Assembly (NCBI GenBank): GCA_964016885.1
Contig: OZ024747.1
Span: 38,316,001-38,380,000 of the forward strand
Length of the DNA stretch: 64,000 bases
Direction: 5' to 3'
DNA from: Eledone cirrhosa
Lineage: Eukaryota
Below the pieces are notes generated by a model that did no database searches, was not told the DNA's origin, and saw only the letters and a list, made by a program, of their open reading frames with translations. Positions 1 through 12,618 of this stretch are shown here, piece by piece. The stretch's first letter is position 1. Each line of letters opens with the position of its first letter. The translations under genes and the position numbers were made by a program.

Positions 1-489
1 CTTACTTGTTTAATGTAACCTATCTTATATTTTACTTTTTTACTTTTTATATCGGTAACTTCTATACCTACTTACCATATATGTTTTATTATTGATGTTA
101 TTGTTTTGATTATACGCTATTTTTATATATATATCTTGCCTCGAGAGAATTACTTTTATATGTACGTAATCTGAATTGTTGAGCAGAGGAAATTAATGTA
201 TTGGAGATCGAGTGACGCAACTTCAAGCGATTAGCGACCTCTAGATTCACCTGATCAACGAAACAATTGTCAGTAGTTGAAATAAAGCCCCTTATTGTAC
301 AGTGAACCATGTTACTCTTCATTCTTTCATTATTATTACTCCAAGTATAACCTGCATAGGAATTACCGCTAACTCGCTACATAACTATGGAAGCATCTTG
401 TTGAGTCAAACAAAGCTGTACGTTAAAACTATCCACGACGCAGAGTACCTACCACCTCTAACTGGATTACCTATGACGTAACTTGTTAT

Positions 490-578
<89 letters not shown>

Positions 579-890
579 AATCTGTCCATTCGTTTACAAT
601 TATGCAAACAGCCTCTTTAAAGCCATGTCAATAGAATGACATGAATTGGCACACGTGGGCATGCCTACAAAGTCAGAAAGCAGCACAGCTCCCATGACTT
701 TTGGAAGCATTTTTTCTCGCTGAAGCAATGAAGAAACTACCTGCATCAGTTGTTAGCTGTCGAAGCACACATGTATTTCATGACTCGTACACTGTTCATT
801 TTCCTGACATTTTTTTGTTGTACTATATATGCACCTTTGTTGAGTTGTAGTGCACCTGAGAACTGTACACAATAATTTCATTAATATTAT
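579..890 (+). mobile_element. CR1/L2-type LINE 3' fragment
   Basis: Degenerate translation GTRGHAYKVRKQ...KHFFS...LPASVVS resembles the CR1 ORF2 C-terminus; ends in an (ATT)n-like tail. Confidence 0.7.
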
Positions 891-904
891 TATATCATGG
901 TTAA

Positions 905-1080
905 TATAGAAATGGCTTCTACGGGACAAGAACTTTTACATTCGAAAGAAATCATCAGGAATGAAACAGTTATAGCTCTATAGAAGCCATTCCTATAATA
1001 AACTTGATATCTACTCTCTATTAACGTATTGAGTACCACCTTACTAACTGTGGTTACCCCCCGATTGAACCTGTGACTCA
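905..1080 (+). mobile_element. Miniature fold-back remnant of PLE family D (diverged)
   Basis: Short inverted repeat (tatagaaatggcttcta / tagaagccattcctata) turning around inside an HHR-like core. The tail (gtattgagtac...ctgtggttacc...cgatt) is homologous to 55665-55715. Confidence 0.65.
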
Positions 1081-1117
1081 CACACACACACACGCACACA
1101 CACACACACACACACAC

Positions 1118-1226
<109 letters not shown>

Positions 1227-1227
1227 C

Positions 1228-1294
<67 letters not shown>

Positions 1295-1400
1295 ATAATA
1301 ATAAAATTGAAGACTAAAATCCAAAGAGGGCTCGATAAGGAAAATATATATCAAATATATAAGAACCGTAGAGCAAATATTTATTAAAATAACAGATTAA

Positions 1401-1451
1401 AGTTTAAGCAAAGAATCGCTGCTTTCACCCTTAACGGGATCTTCTGAAACT
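1401..1451 (-). ncRNA. Type I hammerhead-like motif, variant core CAGAAGA (family A)
   Basis: Minus strand reads agttt-CAGAAGA-t ccc gttaa ggg t-GAAA-gca..tgc-TT-aaact. Other copies at 39420-39470 (-), 41069-41119 (+), and 3361-3411 (+, GAAA mutated). Confidence 0.65.
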
Positions 1452-2380
1452 AACAAAGTCAATCTGTAAACGCAGAACTGGATATTTCAAAAAACGTTGC
1501 AACCGGAGGAAGACAGGAAGACGATACTTTGGTTCGTGGAAACGTTCGCTGGCAAAGAACGGGAAAAAACGAATATTATACGTCATTATTAGGAGCGGTG
1601 TAAAACAATTACGCGCAAAGACAGAACCACGTTTATGGTATAAAAGAGGTCGTAGACTAATGTTCTCTTAGGTGGTGCATAGAGACGTTCTCTGGGAATG
1701 AACGAAAAAACGAAGATAATACGTCATATGTGGAACGTGGAGAACAATAGCACGCAAAGACAAAACCACGTAAATGGTATAGCAGAAGTCGTAGACTAAA
1801 ATTCTAACTAGGAGACTAAATGAATCTCCGCTACAGAGTTAAGAACAACGTAAATAAATACAATACAGAAGTAATAGAAATAAATAAATACATACACGCA
1901 AACAAATACGTACATACACAAGCATACGCAAAAACTTACCATAGGTATACAAAACCCCGCACATATAAATATGTGTGTGTGTGTATGCGTGTATACAAAT
2001 AAATAAATAATTATATAAACGTATATAAATAAATAAATACGTATATAACAAGCGCACACACATACCTACATATAAATACACGAATGTTCGGAGACGTAAG
2101 TCAACCAAAACATGAAGTACACATATACACACACCCACCAAACTTACGAACCTACATACTCACACAGACGCAAAACTCCCGTATACACATAGCCAAACCA
2201 TATATACCAGAATATATAAAATTATACGCCATAACAATAAAATATACGTACGAGAAGGTATACGTACCTTCACAAAACATACGGGTAATATATACTTACC
2301 TATGCAAATAAGTAAAGGTATAAACAAAACATATACTTAGCTCCCACATCAAGACGTAAAATATCCACGTATAGATCGTC

Positions 2381-3360
2381 CTATCCGTTAGGGTATAACG
2401 TGGGGCTGTAATACAGGAAAGCTTTGTGCAATTTATGTTTACAAGCCGAAATTGCCTCAGATTCTTTTTTTAAGATGTGGTCTGTGGCGTAGATTATTTC
2501 CAGGGCCTCAGCGGCGCAGAGGTCACACGGTCTTTTATTTCCGTTATACGATCTAGCCCTAGCTAGGATCTCCCAGTGTAACTTATATTGGGTGTGGTTG
2601 TCTTTTAGACTCCAGATATAAGCTGAAAGTGACATCATATTCCTTCCTAGAGGGTAACGAAAAGAATGTGTATGCATGTAAAGACGCTGCTTGAAACTAT
2701 TGGCGGTTAACCCTATGTAGGCCCTACGGGACGTGGGTGTTACAACCTTACATTTGTAGACAATGTTGCTAGAGAGGCATTTCCCGGATAGGGGGCAATC
2801 AGCCCGATTCCTACAATTACAGTTAGTACTAACTACAGGGTTGCACGTGTTCCTACGGCTAGGTAGTTTAGCTAAATGTGAAGCTGTGATGTTATGTGCA
2901 AGGTTAGGAGTCGTAGAGTAAGACATTTTAATAGTATTTCTATTAAAAATGTTACTATATTTATGTGTAGGGGGAAAATGCTTCGTAATAAGGGAAAGAA
3001 AGATCTTAGCTAATGGTGTGGCCACCTCCATATTATATGGTGGGTTATAGCAACAAATTCAACATATTACTTCTAGGTCTATTTTCGTACTCTATATATG
3101 CTACCTTATCGACAAATCCACTTCGAGCAAGAGCCTCATTGTAATAAGTGGAATGGTCGTTGAAAATACGCTCGTTGGTGGAAAGACGGGAAAGCCTCAA
3201 CGAAACGTTTCGTACCAGGTTCTTGGCTATGCTGGCAGGATGGTTGGAATACTTACTTATGTAATTAAGCGTATCATTTGGCTTTCTATACGGGTAATAC
3301 AACCCACTCAATAAATTGAGTGTAACGTCGAGGTAATTAACGACCGAGAGATTGGCCTCT
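2381..3360 (-). pseudogene. PLE RT thumb and GIY-YIG endonuclease (truncated, disrupted)
   Basis: NYLDVTLN...PYRKPND...SNHP, then CNCRNRADCPLSGKC, IVY...YIG, FKQR...H, CDLC, CKH. Confidence 0.9.
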
Positions 3361-3422
3361 AGTTTCAGAAGATCCCGTTAAGGGTTAAAGCAGCGATTCT
3401 TTGCTTAAACTTTAATCTGTTA

Positions 3423-3494
<72 letters not shown>

Positions 3495-3497
<3 letters not shown>

Positions 3498-3625
3498 TGA
3501 ATATACAAGAGAGATAGACACAAATATAAAGATGCATGTGTTCTATTTGTAAGGGTGAAACTAAGGAGAAAGAAATAATAACTATAACAATATGGCTTGC
3601 TGGACACTCGATTTAAAGTATTAAA
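3495..3625. repeat. Unclassified (TA)n-flanked repeat B, copy 1
   Basis: Direct repeat of 5955-6085 (ttgaatatacaagagagatagacac...aaagtattaaat). Confidence 0.8.
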
Positions 3626-3642
3626 TATATATATATATATAA

Positions 3643-3677
<35 letters not shown>

Positions 3678-3747
3678 CATATATAAATATATATACATAT
3701 ATATATATATACATTTATATATATATACATATATATATATATACATG

Positions 3748-4467
3748 TACGATATTAATAAATGGAAACTATATTTATAAAACCATATTTATTTCATTAT
3801 ACATATTTCAGGGATACCAAATTAAATTATGGTATGCCTTCATCAGACAAAATACAATATATAACAGTTTTACAAATAAGCTTTGACCTACCCTATTAAA
3901 ATACAACCATTGTTTTTGGAAGTCATCCGGATAGTGATTTGTTTATATTACTTTAATAAGTCATAGTGTTAAGGACAATTAGAAAAAGACGGAGAGAAAG
4001 AAAAAGACGGAGCGAAATAAAAAAAAACAAAAAAACGTGGAGAAATATCGGAGAGAGAAAGATGCATGGAGAAAAAAAGAAAGAGATAAGTAAAGACAGG
4101 AGGAAAGGAAGAAAGAAGAAAAAGGAAGAAATAAGAAAAACAGAGGAAAGCAACAGAGAGATATTAAGTCAACAGACAGATAGAAAAACTCAAGAGAGAG
4201 AAATGTTATATATAGAGAGAGGGGGAGATTATGAAAACTTTACGTCATGTCATGTTAAGTTAAGTTAACAATTCATATGAAATGAATAATAAAAATATAA
4301 ATATTAATATTCATGAATGGGACATAGATATATAATATGAGAAATTAAACATTGTTTAATAATGACTATATGTTTAGTTTAAACCTTGAGATCAATATAC
4401 CAAAATTTGGGTTTAATCTCCAAAATGTACACATTGCTATAGTAGTCAGTATCTCAGGCAAAGACAC

Positions 4468-4547
<80 letters not shown>

Positions 4548-5700
4548 GCACGTCCTGAAAATATAGATATATAAAGCGCAGACGATTTCTCTTAATCACT
4601 GCTATACATTCCTTGTGTTATAAAAAGTTCACAGTATATATATACGATTAACATTCATGACTTCATATATATGATTACCATTCATGCATTTAACATTTCT
4701 GCAATCCAAACTGTGTGGTTATGCAACATAACTTTTACCCACACATATACATACACACAAATATATACATATACACCTATATATGTATAAATAAATATCT
4801 GCGTGCGTCATCAGGCATCGCTCATGTATACATACAGACATATATACAATCATAAAAAAACCTATAACACTTTTATATGCATGTTAATACACACATATAC
4901 TTTTGTATAGAGATAATCAAATATAAATATATTACTAAGGATTATACTTTGGAAATATAATTATACCAATATGAATTTAAAATACCAAAGGATTATATTT
5001 TGGAAATACAACTATATCAATATAGTCAAAAGGACAAACGAATTCTAGAAATGTGAAAGCATTAAATATCTTTAAAACACTATAGAGTATCTTAAGTTAA
5101 AATAATATGTTTCATATATTTAGTATAGAAAATTATCCTACTTAAATTTCAATCAAGATATTGAAAGGGTAGACTTATGAGAATTATGAGAAGCTATCAG
5201 AATTAAAGCAAAACTAATAAAAATAAATAAAAATAAAAATAAAATAAAATAAAAGTTAAATAAATACTATATCAATATAATTTAAAAATTTAAAAATTTA
5301 AAGATCTAAAGTTTCAAAAAATTTCAAAAAGAATTTAAGAATTTTTTAAAATTCTAAAATTTAAAAGATTTAAAAAACCAAGGATTCTACAGATATCCTT
5401 ATATTTAATATAGAAATTTATCCTACGTATATTTTATTTAAGATATTGTAAGTATAGACATTTTAAAGTAGTTTATTATATCTATGTTTATATTTAGGAA
5501 GGAAGTTTAAAAAGAAAAAAAGCATACCATAATTTAATTTGGTATCCCTGAAATATGTATAATGAAATAAATATGGTTTTATAAATATAGTTTCCATTTA
5601 TTAATATCGTATATCTACTCCAAATACTTGTCGAGTGCTTTATGTCAGTTATAAAAATATTTACTGGTTGTATCCCAACAATTTTAAATAGAACTTTTGC
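3748..5700 (+). mobile_element. Non-coding PLE-like element C, copy 1
   Basis: 3748-~4830 is homologous to 60625-61700. 5522-5610 is the inverse of 3748-3837. The tail 5610-5700 is shared with 61835-61928. (TA)n flanks; CTGATGA-hairpin-GAAA on the minus strand near 3845. Confidence 0.65.
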
Positions 5701-5793
<93 letters not shown>

Positions 5794-5852
5794 CATATAT
5801 ATACATATATATATATACATACATATATATATATACATATATATATACATAC

Positions 5853-5933
<81 letters not shown>

Positions 5934-5954
5934 TATATATATACATATATATAT

Positions 5955-6179
5955 ATTGAATATACAAGAGAGATAGACACAAATATAAAGATACATGTGT
6001 TCTAATTGTAAGGGTGAAACTAAGGTGAAAAAAATAATAACTATAACAATATGGTTTGCCGGACACTCGTTTTAAAGTATTAAATCAAGAAAAAGACGAA
6101 CAATTCTATATTGGGCAAATTCCTGAATGCGTCCATAGGTGGTATGCCGGTTGAGCACTCTATTCTCCTTCGGATCAGC

Positions 6180-6180
<1 letters not shown>
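5955..6180. repeat. Unclassified repeat B, copy 2 (longer)
   Basis: Homologous to 3495-3625; lies between (TA)n tracts. Confidence 0.75.
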
Positions 6181-6240
<60 letters not shown>

Positions 6241-6260
6241 TATATATAGATATATATATA

Positions 6261-6604
6261 AAGAAAAAGGGATGAAATCGAAAATGCAACTGAAGTCTTA
6301 TTTTTTTTAAAATATATATATTTATTTGGTTCCTTTACCGGTTTCGCAGTTCTTCTGCTTTTCAAAAGGTGGGTTGAGATGGAGGGTCTGTGGCTTTTCT
6401 CACAGACAAAAACCACAGACCCTCCATCTCAACCCACCTTTTGAAAAGCAGAAGAACTGCGAAACCGGTAAAGGAACCAAATAAATATATATATTTTAAA
6501 AAAAATAAGACTTCAGTTGCATTTTCGATTTCATCCCTTTTTCGTTATACTTCCACTCGTGTAGGACACCTCGGTTATTTTTCATTTTGTAAAAAAAACC
6601 TCAC

Positions 6605-6611
<7 letters not shown>
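6261..6611 (+). mobile_element. Miniature fold-back PLE derivative E1
   Basis: Near-perfect hairpin ~6262-6543 plus unique tail 6544-6611; (TA)n flanks; second copy at 8651-8881. Confidence 0.85.
6437..6474 (+). ncRNA. Minimal type I hammerhead with U3:A8 core
   Basis: cctt-TTGAAAA-gcag aagaa ctgc-GAAA-ccgg-TA-aagg. Mirror copy at 6332-6369 (-). Confidence 0.75.
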
Positions 6612-6640
<29 letters not shown>

Positions 6641-6647
<7 letters not shown>

Positions 6648-7035
6648 TAAAAAGGAATTCCAACTTTGTCTGATTTACTCCTCGTTTTATTTACAATCCA
6701 TTAAAATTTATAATGGTATTAGAATGAAATAGTATGGTAGAATATTAAATATTGAGTGTTAATTGAACAAGTACTTTCATGCTTTCGCAATCTTCAGGTT
6801 CATAATGTGTGTTGACAGTCAAGTTTGCAATTTTCAACATTATGAACCTGAAGATTGCGAAAGCATGAAAGTACTTGTTCAATTAACACACAATATTTAA
6901 TATTCTACCATACTATTTCATTCTAATACCATTATAAATGTTAAAGGATTGTAAATAAAACGAGTAGATCAGACAAAGTTGGAATTCCTTTTATTAATAT
7001 AATCTTCTATACACAATCATACACACCCGTGAATA
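6641..7035 (+). mobile_element. Miniature fold-back PLE derivative with HHR
   Basis: Inverted arms ~6641-6808 and ~6837-7000, short tail, microsatellite flanks. Confidence 0.85.
6843..6881 (+). ncRNA. Minimal type I hammerhead ribozyme
   Basis: tgaac-CTGAAGA-t tgc gaaa gca t-GAAA-gtac-TT-gttca, with palindromic stem III AGTACT. Mirror copy at 6764-6802 (-). Confidence 0.85.
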
Positions 7036-7041
7036 TGTATG

Positions 7042-7116
<75 letters not shown>

Positions 7117-7142
7117 ATATCTATCTCTCTCTATATATATAT

Positions 7143-7327
7143 AGTAATAATAATAAATTTGAAGAGTAAAAAATCCAAAGAGGGCTCGATAAGGATAAAT
7201 ATATATCAAATATATAAGAACCATAGAGCAACTATTTATTAAAATAACAGAATAAAGTTTAAGCAAAGAATCGTTAAGGGTGAAAGCAGCGATTCTTTGT
7301 TTAAACTTTATTCTGTTATTTTAAATA
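7143..7327 (-). mobile_element. Miniature fold-back copy A3 of PLE family A
   Basis: Family A tail (7143-7240) plus a hairpin whose apex lies inside the HHR motif. Confidence 0.85.
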
Positions 7328-7338
7328 TCTCTATATAT

Positions 7339-8215
7339 ATATCCAAAAATTAAGGGTTGTCATGTCTGAGAGACATGCACCATATCCACCGTAGAATAAA
7401 CTCAAAGATTCCAATTAATAGATCCGAGCATTAGATCCACTAGAAATAGATTAACATATATATATATAAAATAAATACATGGAACAATCACAGGAAATAA
7501 TTTGTAAAGGATGTAAGCACACATAGCTAGGTAGGTAACTAATTAAAGTTTAACTAGAACTTCAAATATAGATACCTTTTAAAATGATTAATCTCCTTTG
7601 TATATATTTCTATAAGTAAGAAATGTATTTCATCAATTAATCAGTAAATCACAGTAGTCAAATCTATTTCTAGTTGATATAAAATGCTCGGATCCATTAA
7701 TTGGAATCTTTGAGCTTATTCTACAGTGGATATGGTGCATGTCTCTCAGACATGACAACCCTTAATTTAATTTTGGATATATATAGGGCCCCTTGATTTT
7801 TGAGCTAACTTAGTTGAATAGACTCGGCTGCTATTTCTAGCTGTCGATAATCCTATTCACGCCACTGGGATGACGCTGTGCGATGTGTCTATTTTTTTTT
7901 AATGCAACACGTGGTTCGAGTCATTCTCAGATTTGCATTTGCTTTGTAAACGCAGATACTTATTTTCTATTCCTTTGGTGACCATCCGAGATTTGACCGC
8001 TGTGATTTACTGATTAATTAGTGAAATATATTTCTCACTTAAAGAAATATATACAAAGTAGATTAATCATTTTAAAAGGTATCTATATTTGAAGTTCTAG
8101 TTAAACTTTAATTAGTTACCTACCTAGCTATGTGTGCTTACATCCTTTACAAATTATTCCCTGTCATTGTTCCATTTATTTATTTTATATATATATATGT
8201 CAATCTATTTCTAGT

Positions 8216-8220
<5 letters not shown>
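7339..8220. repeat. Interleaved double inverted repeat element (a b a' c b')
   Basis: 7339-7452 is the inverse of ~7660-7782 and ~7440-7660 is the inverse of ~8000-8217. Segment c has a diverged copy at ~17960-18240. (TA)n flanks. Confidence 0.8.
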
Positions 8221-8262
<42 letters not shown>

Positions 8263-8382
8263 ACAGAGGTAGCATATGAAAGCATAAACATAGGAGAGAC
8301 TCGGTATGAATTTATTTGGTCATAGTTTATACATGAACAACATTTATAGCATGACTCTGCTATGTTTATTATTCAACAATAT

Positions 8383-8598
8383 AAGGCAGTGGATTGGCAG
8401 TATCGGTAGAGTATCGGACATCCTGCTTTATGCATAGAGTTCCGGCCCTTTACGCGTAGAGTTCAAATCCTGCCGTTATATTTGCCTTCAACCTTACGGG
8501 TTTATGCAATAAAGTACGAGTCACGTACTGAGTTCAATTTTAATCGACTTCCTTCTGCCCCAATACTGCTGACCTTGTACCTAAAGCAGAAACCATTA
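8383..8598 (+). mobile_element. tRNA-derived SINE (octopus-type)
   Basis: A-box-like tggcagtatcgg, B-box gagttcaaatcc, body tttgccttc...cttgtacctaaagcagaaac. Related copies at 22310-22485, 23187-23350 and 19067-19140. Confidence 0.75.
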
Positions 8599-8620
8599 TA
8601 CATAAACATATCGTATATGC

Positions 8621-8650
<30 letters not shown>

Positions 8651-8651
<1 letters not shown>

Positions 8652-8874
8652 AGGAAAAAAGATGAAATCGAAAATGCAACTGGAGCCTTATTTTTCAAAA
8701 AATATATATATTTATTTGGCTCTATATATTTTTATATATTTTATATATTCTATATATTCTATATATTTAAAAAAAAAAAGATTCCAGTTGCATTTTCGAT
8801 TTCATCTTTTTTCCTGATACTTTCACTCGTGTAGGACACCTCGGTTATTTTTCATTTTGTAAAAAAAACCTCAC

Positions 8875-8881
<7 letters not shown>
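8651..8881 (+). mobile_element. Fold-back element E2 (HHR-less copy of E1)
   Basis: Same outer arms and tail as 6261-6611; the centre is replaced by ~9-bp AT-rich tandem units. Confidence 0.85.
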
Positions 8882-8911
<30 letters not shown>

Positions 8912-8928
8912 CAGAGAGAGAGAGAGAG

Positions 8929-9100
8929 GTATAACACTGGAAGGTAATGTCCGTAGTGGTAGAGCACTCAGTCTATGGGATGGGTTTGGTAGAAGTATTA
9001 ACACAACAGTTAGTTCACCATACCGAGAACAATTGTTTCACCTTATGGCATAAGGTGAAACAATTTTTCTCGGTATGGTGAACTAACTGTTGTGTTAATA

Positions 9101-9104
<4 letters not shown>
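8929..9104 (-). mobile_element. Miniature fold-back element containing a half HHR
   Basis: Hairpin ~8993-9103 whose arms contain aaggt-GAAA-caattg-TT-ctcgg; unique tail 8929-8992. Confidence 0.7.
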
Positions 9105-9139
<35 letters not shown>

Positions 9140-9140
<1 letters not shown>

Positions 9141-11890
9141 GGAAAAATTTGAACAGGGACAAAACAGAGAGGCAGTACAACGAATGTTTATTAATTTCAC
9201 GCTCTGGAGAGTGGGGTGTTGCTGGGGGACGACGTTTCGGGCATAAGCCCTTCCTCAGGTGGGAAGTGTGTGGGAACAGAGTTCAAAGGGTGTGTAGGGG
9301 AGTGGTGGAGAGACATATATCGAAAGGAAACGGTGCGAATGAAAAAATAAAAAATAAACAAACATAAAAATAAAGCATGATCAAAATACAAGGAATGAGA
9401 TAAATTTAAAAATAAAGGCATGATCAAAATAAACTGAAATTAAAAGGGGGGTAAACATGTGGTGGAAGGGTGTGGGGTGTGTGGAGTGGGGAGAGGGAGA
9501 CGGGGTGTCCGAGCGGGGAGGGCTGAAGGTGGTGTGTGTGTGTAGGTGTGCGTGTGTGTGTGTGTGTGTGTATGTGAAAGTAAGGGTTGGGGGAGGTTCA
9601 GAAAGAGGTGTGTGTGGGGGGGGGGAGAGGAATCAGGAGGCTGAGGGTGTAAATATGTGGTGGAAAGCACGTGTGTGTGGAGTTTAAGCGTGTTGTGGGT
9701 GTAGGTGGCGTGTGGAGAAAAAACATTTTTTTGGCGTGTGTGTGTGGGTGAGTTATATAGGTGATTACGTAAGAGGATGGTTGAAAAGTTGGTAACTTCC
9801 GAAGATGTTTAGTGGATTGGTTGTTGGTCAATTTCTGCGTGTGGGTATTCCATGAAGCGATGGTCGGAAGAGGAGAGATGTGGGGTGCGCGCGCAACAGG
9901 AAGTGGTCAGCAGTGGGAGTGCTGTGGTCTGTTTGTGCTGGGAGGTGGTCAGAGGGCATAGCAGCAGTCGGTGGAATGGTAAAGGGGCGAGGATGCGTAG
10001 GTGTGAAAGTTGGAGTGAGGAGGGTGTGTGTGTGTGTATTAGTAGGGGTGTTAGTGGGATGAGTGAGTGTGGAGAGGGTGTGGGTGGAGCGGGGGGAGAA
10101 GGGTGTGTGGTTCTATGGAGGGAGTGTGGTGTACTGGTGTGTGTGTAGTTTGATGAAGAGGGGTTAGTGGGTGTTAGTATACGGGAGGTGGGGAGGGGTT
10201 GAATGCAGGTGTGAGTGGGGGTTAGTGGTGGTAGGGTGTGTAGAGTTGGTGGTGTACGAGGGTGTGTGGGTACGTGTGCGTGAGGTTGGGGGGTGTTAGT
10301 GATGTTAGTTGCGTGTGGGGTGGGTGGTGTAAGTGGGTGCGTGTGTTCGTGTGCTTGGGGTTAGGGGGTGTTAGTGAGGTTAGTTGCGGGGTGGTGGGAT
10401 GGAGGTGTGGGGGTGAGGGTTAGTGGTGGTAGTAGGGTGTGTGTTTAGTGTGAGCGCATGTATATATGTGCCGGTGGGTGTGTGAGTGTGATAAGGAGGG
10501 GGGAGAAGAGGGGAGGGAAGGGATGTTAGTATGTTAGTTGGGGAAGGGTGGTCAGATGAGGGGTGGAGTGGAGGTCTTAGTATTGTTAGTTGTGGGGTGG
10601 GCGGTGAAAGGAGGGGTGTGTTAGTGGTGTTAGTGGGGGATAAGTGTGGGGGAGGGGGGGAGGGGGGGGGGGGGTCGAAGGCTAAAGGAATAAGGGTGGG
10701 GAGTTCAGGCCGGGTCTGTAAGATGAAGATAGTTCGTTGTTCGACCGTAAGGCGATTGTCGGGTGTTTCGTGGCACTGGAGTAGGCCACATACTGTGAGA
10801 TGGCGTGCGGAATGTCCAGGGCCACCAAAGTGGCGGGCGATGGGGGAACTGCCCCCGAGACGAATATCCCGGAGGTGCTCCGTGACTCGGTCCGCCAGGC
10901 GACGTCCCGTCTATTCGACATAAGTCGCGCTACACTCCGTGCAGCGAAGTCAGTATACTAGGTTCGAGGAGGTGCAGCGGAAGGCATGCCGGACCGAGAG
11001 AGAGTGGCCGTTGGGACCCTGGAAGGTGGTGGTGTTGGTGATGTGGGGACAGGTGTTGCAGCGGGGCCTAGAACAGGGAAAGGAACCGGGGGGGGGGGGC
11101 AAACAGAGCGTGGGTTGGGGGGTAGGGAGCTGTGGACGAGGAGGGTGCGGAGATTGCGTGCGCGTTTGAAGGAGGGGAGTGGTGGGGTTGGGAAGATGTG
11201 GGAGGTGGAGGGGTCGGACTGGAGGCGTCGGAAGAGGCGGCGGATTGTTCGGTGGAGGGGTAGGTGGAGGGGTGGTAGGTGATGGGGAAGGGGAGACGGT
11301 GGGTGGGTGTGCGGTGGCGTGGGGTGAGGGTGGTGGAGCGGAGGACAGCACGGGCGCGGGTGAGAGCGGTGTGGACGAGAGAGGGGGGGTAACCTCTGCG
11401 GATGAAATGGCTGACTAGGGAAAGGGCCTGGGACTTAAAGTCAGCATCACGGCTACAGAGGCGGCGGATCCTGAGAAGTTGGGGGTAGGGAATGGAGTGT
11501 TTAGTGTGGGTGGGGTGGGAAGAGGTGAAGTCGAGGTAAGAGTGGGTGTCGGTGGGTTTGAAGAAGGCGGAGGTGACGAGGGAGTGGAGGGAGGGGTCGA
11601 AGGCGACGGAGATGTCTAAGAAGTGGACGTGGGTGGTGGAGATAGAGGTGGTGAAGTGGAGGGAGGGGTGGAAGGAGCAGAAGAAGGAGAGAAAGGAGTC
11701 GAGCTGTTCTCGGGTGAGGGTCGTGGCTCCGATACACTCGTCAATGTAACGACCGTACAGTTCGGGCGTGGGGCTGGTGTACTGGGCAAAGATTTGGGCC
11801 TCAACATGGCCAACAAAAAGGTTGGCATAGTTCGGGCCCATTCTTGTACCCATGGCTACCCCCGTGACCTGTTGGTAAAACTCACCCGAG
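9140..11890 (-). mobile_element. GC-rich PLE (Neptune-like), 5'-truncated
   Basis: RT and GIY-YIG remnants, a long C/A-rich 3' region, and HHR core CTGAGGA-agggc ttat gccc-GAAAcgtcg followed by AATAAA near 9190. Confidence 0.85.
10680..11885 (-). pseudogene. PLE RT-GIY-YIG polyprotein fragment (frameshifted)
   Basis: GVAMGTRMGPNYANLF, RYIDE, FLDI, KPTDTHSYLDFTSSHP, CSRPRCNTC linker, CTSSNLVY, TGRRLADRVTEHLRDI. Confidence 0.9.
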
Positions 11891-11977
11891 AAGGAGAAAC
11901 AATAGGCGATTTAGCGATCTCTCTCTATAATTCTTAGTCTTTCTTTTTAGATAGATACATAGATATAACGTTGCGCC

Positions 11978-12061
<84 letters not shown>

Positions 12062-12228
12062 GTACACATATATATACATATATTGGCTCGTCTCATAAAT
12101 TTAAACAAAACATATCTACTCGACATGTGCTGCCTACTTAGTTTGTAATTGTAGATATTTCCCTTGTAAACGAGAATACATATGCCAGCACTCTCACACA
12201 CCTATACACATCTCTCTCTCCCTCTCTC

Positions 12229-12266
<38 letters not shown>

Positions 12267-12290
12267 AGAGAATTTAAATCAATTTGTTGA

Positions 12291-12322
<32 letters not shown>

Positions 12323-12553
12323 CACATATATATGCGCATGTGTATGTATTATACGCACAGAGAAACTTATAGTTGTTGTAAAATAAAAGGAGAAAATATA
12401 TAAATATACACCAAAATCTTTTGAATTCTTCCCTGGAATTCTTACGAAGAATGCACGAATGGAGCACGAAAAATCCACGCAGGAGAATTTTATTTCAATA
12501 CCTGTTTACAAAACCGGAAATAGACGTTGTGTATGTTTGATAAAGTAGACAGA

Positions 12554-12618
<65 letters not shown>

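Larger units (their letters stand above)
1290..3430 (-). mobile_element. PLE family A, 5'-truncated copy A1 with short inverted pLTR piece
   Basis: RT C-terminus plus GIY-YIG on the minus strand and pLTR at 1290-2380. 3361-3430 is the reverse complement of ~1382-1451. (TA)n on both sides. Homologous to 39310-41140. Confidence 0.9.

Noticed and set aside
110-322. Possible decayed GIY-YIG (LEARYI) and an HHR-like CTGATCA..GAAAcaattgTC at ~251-272
   Set aside because: Protein motifs are too degenerate; the HHR lacks the 3:8 pair and stem I.
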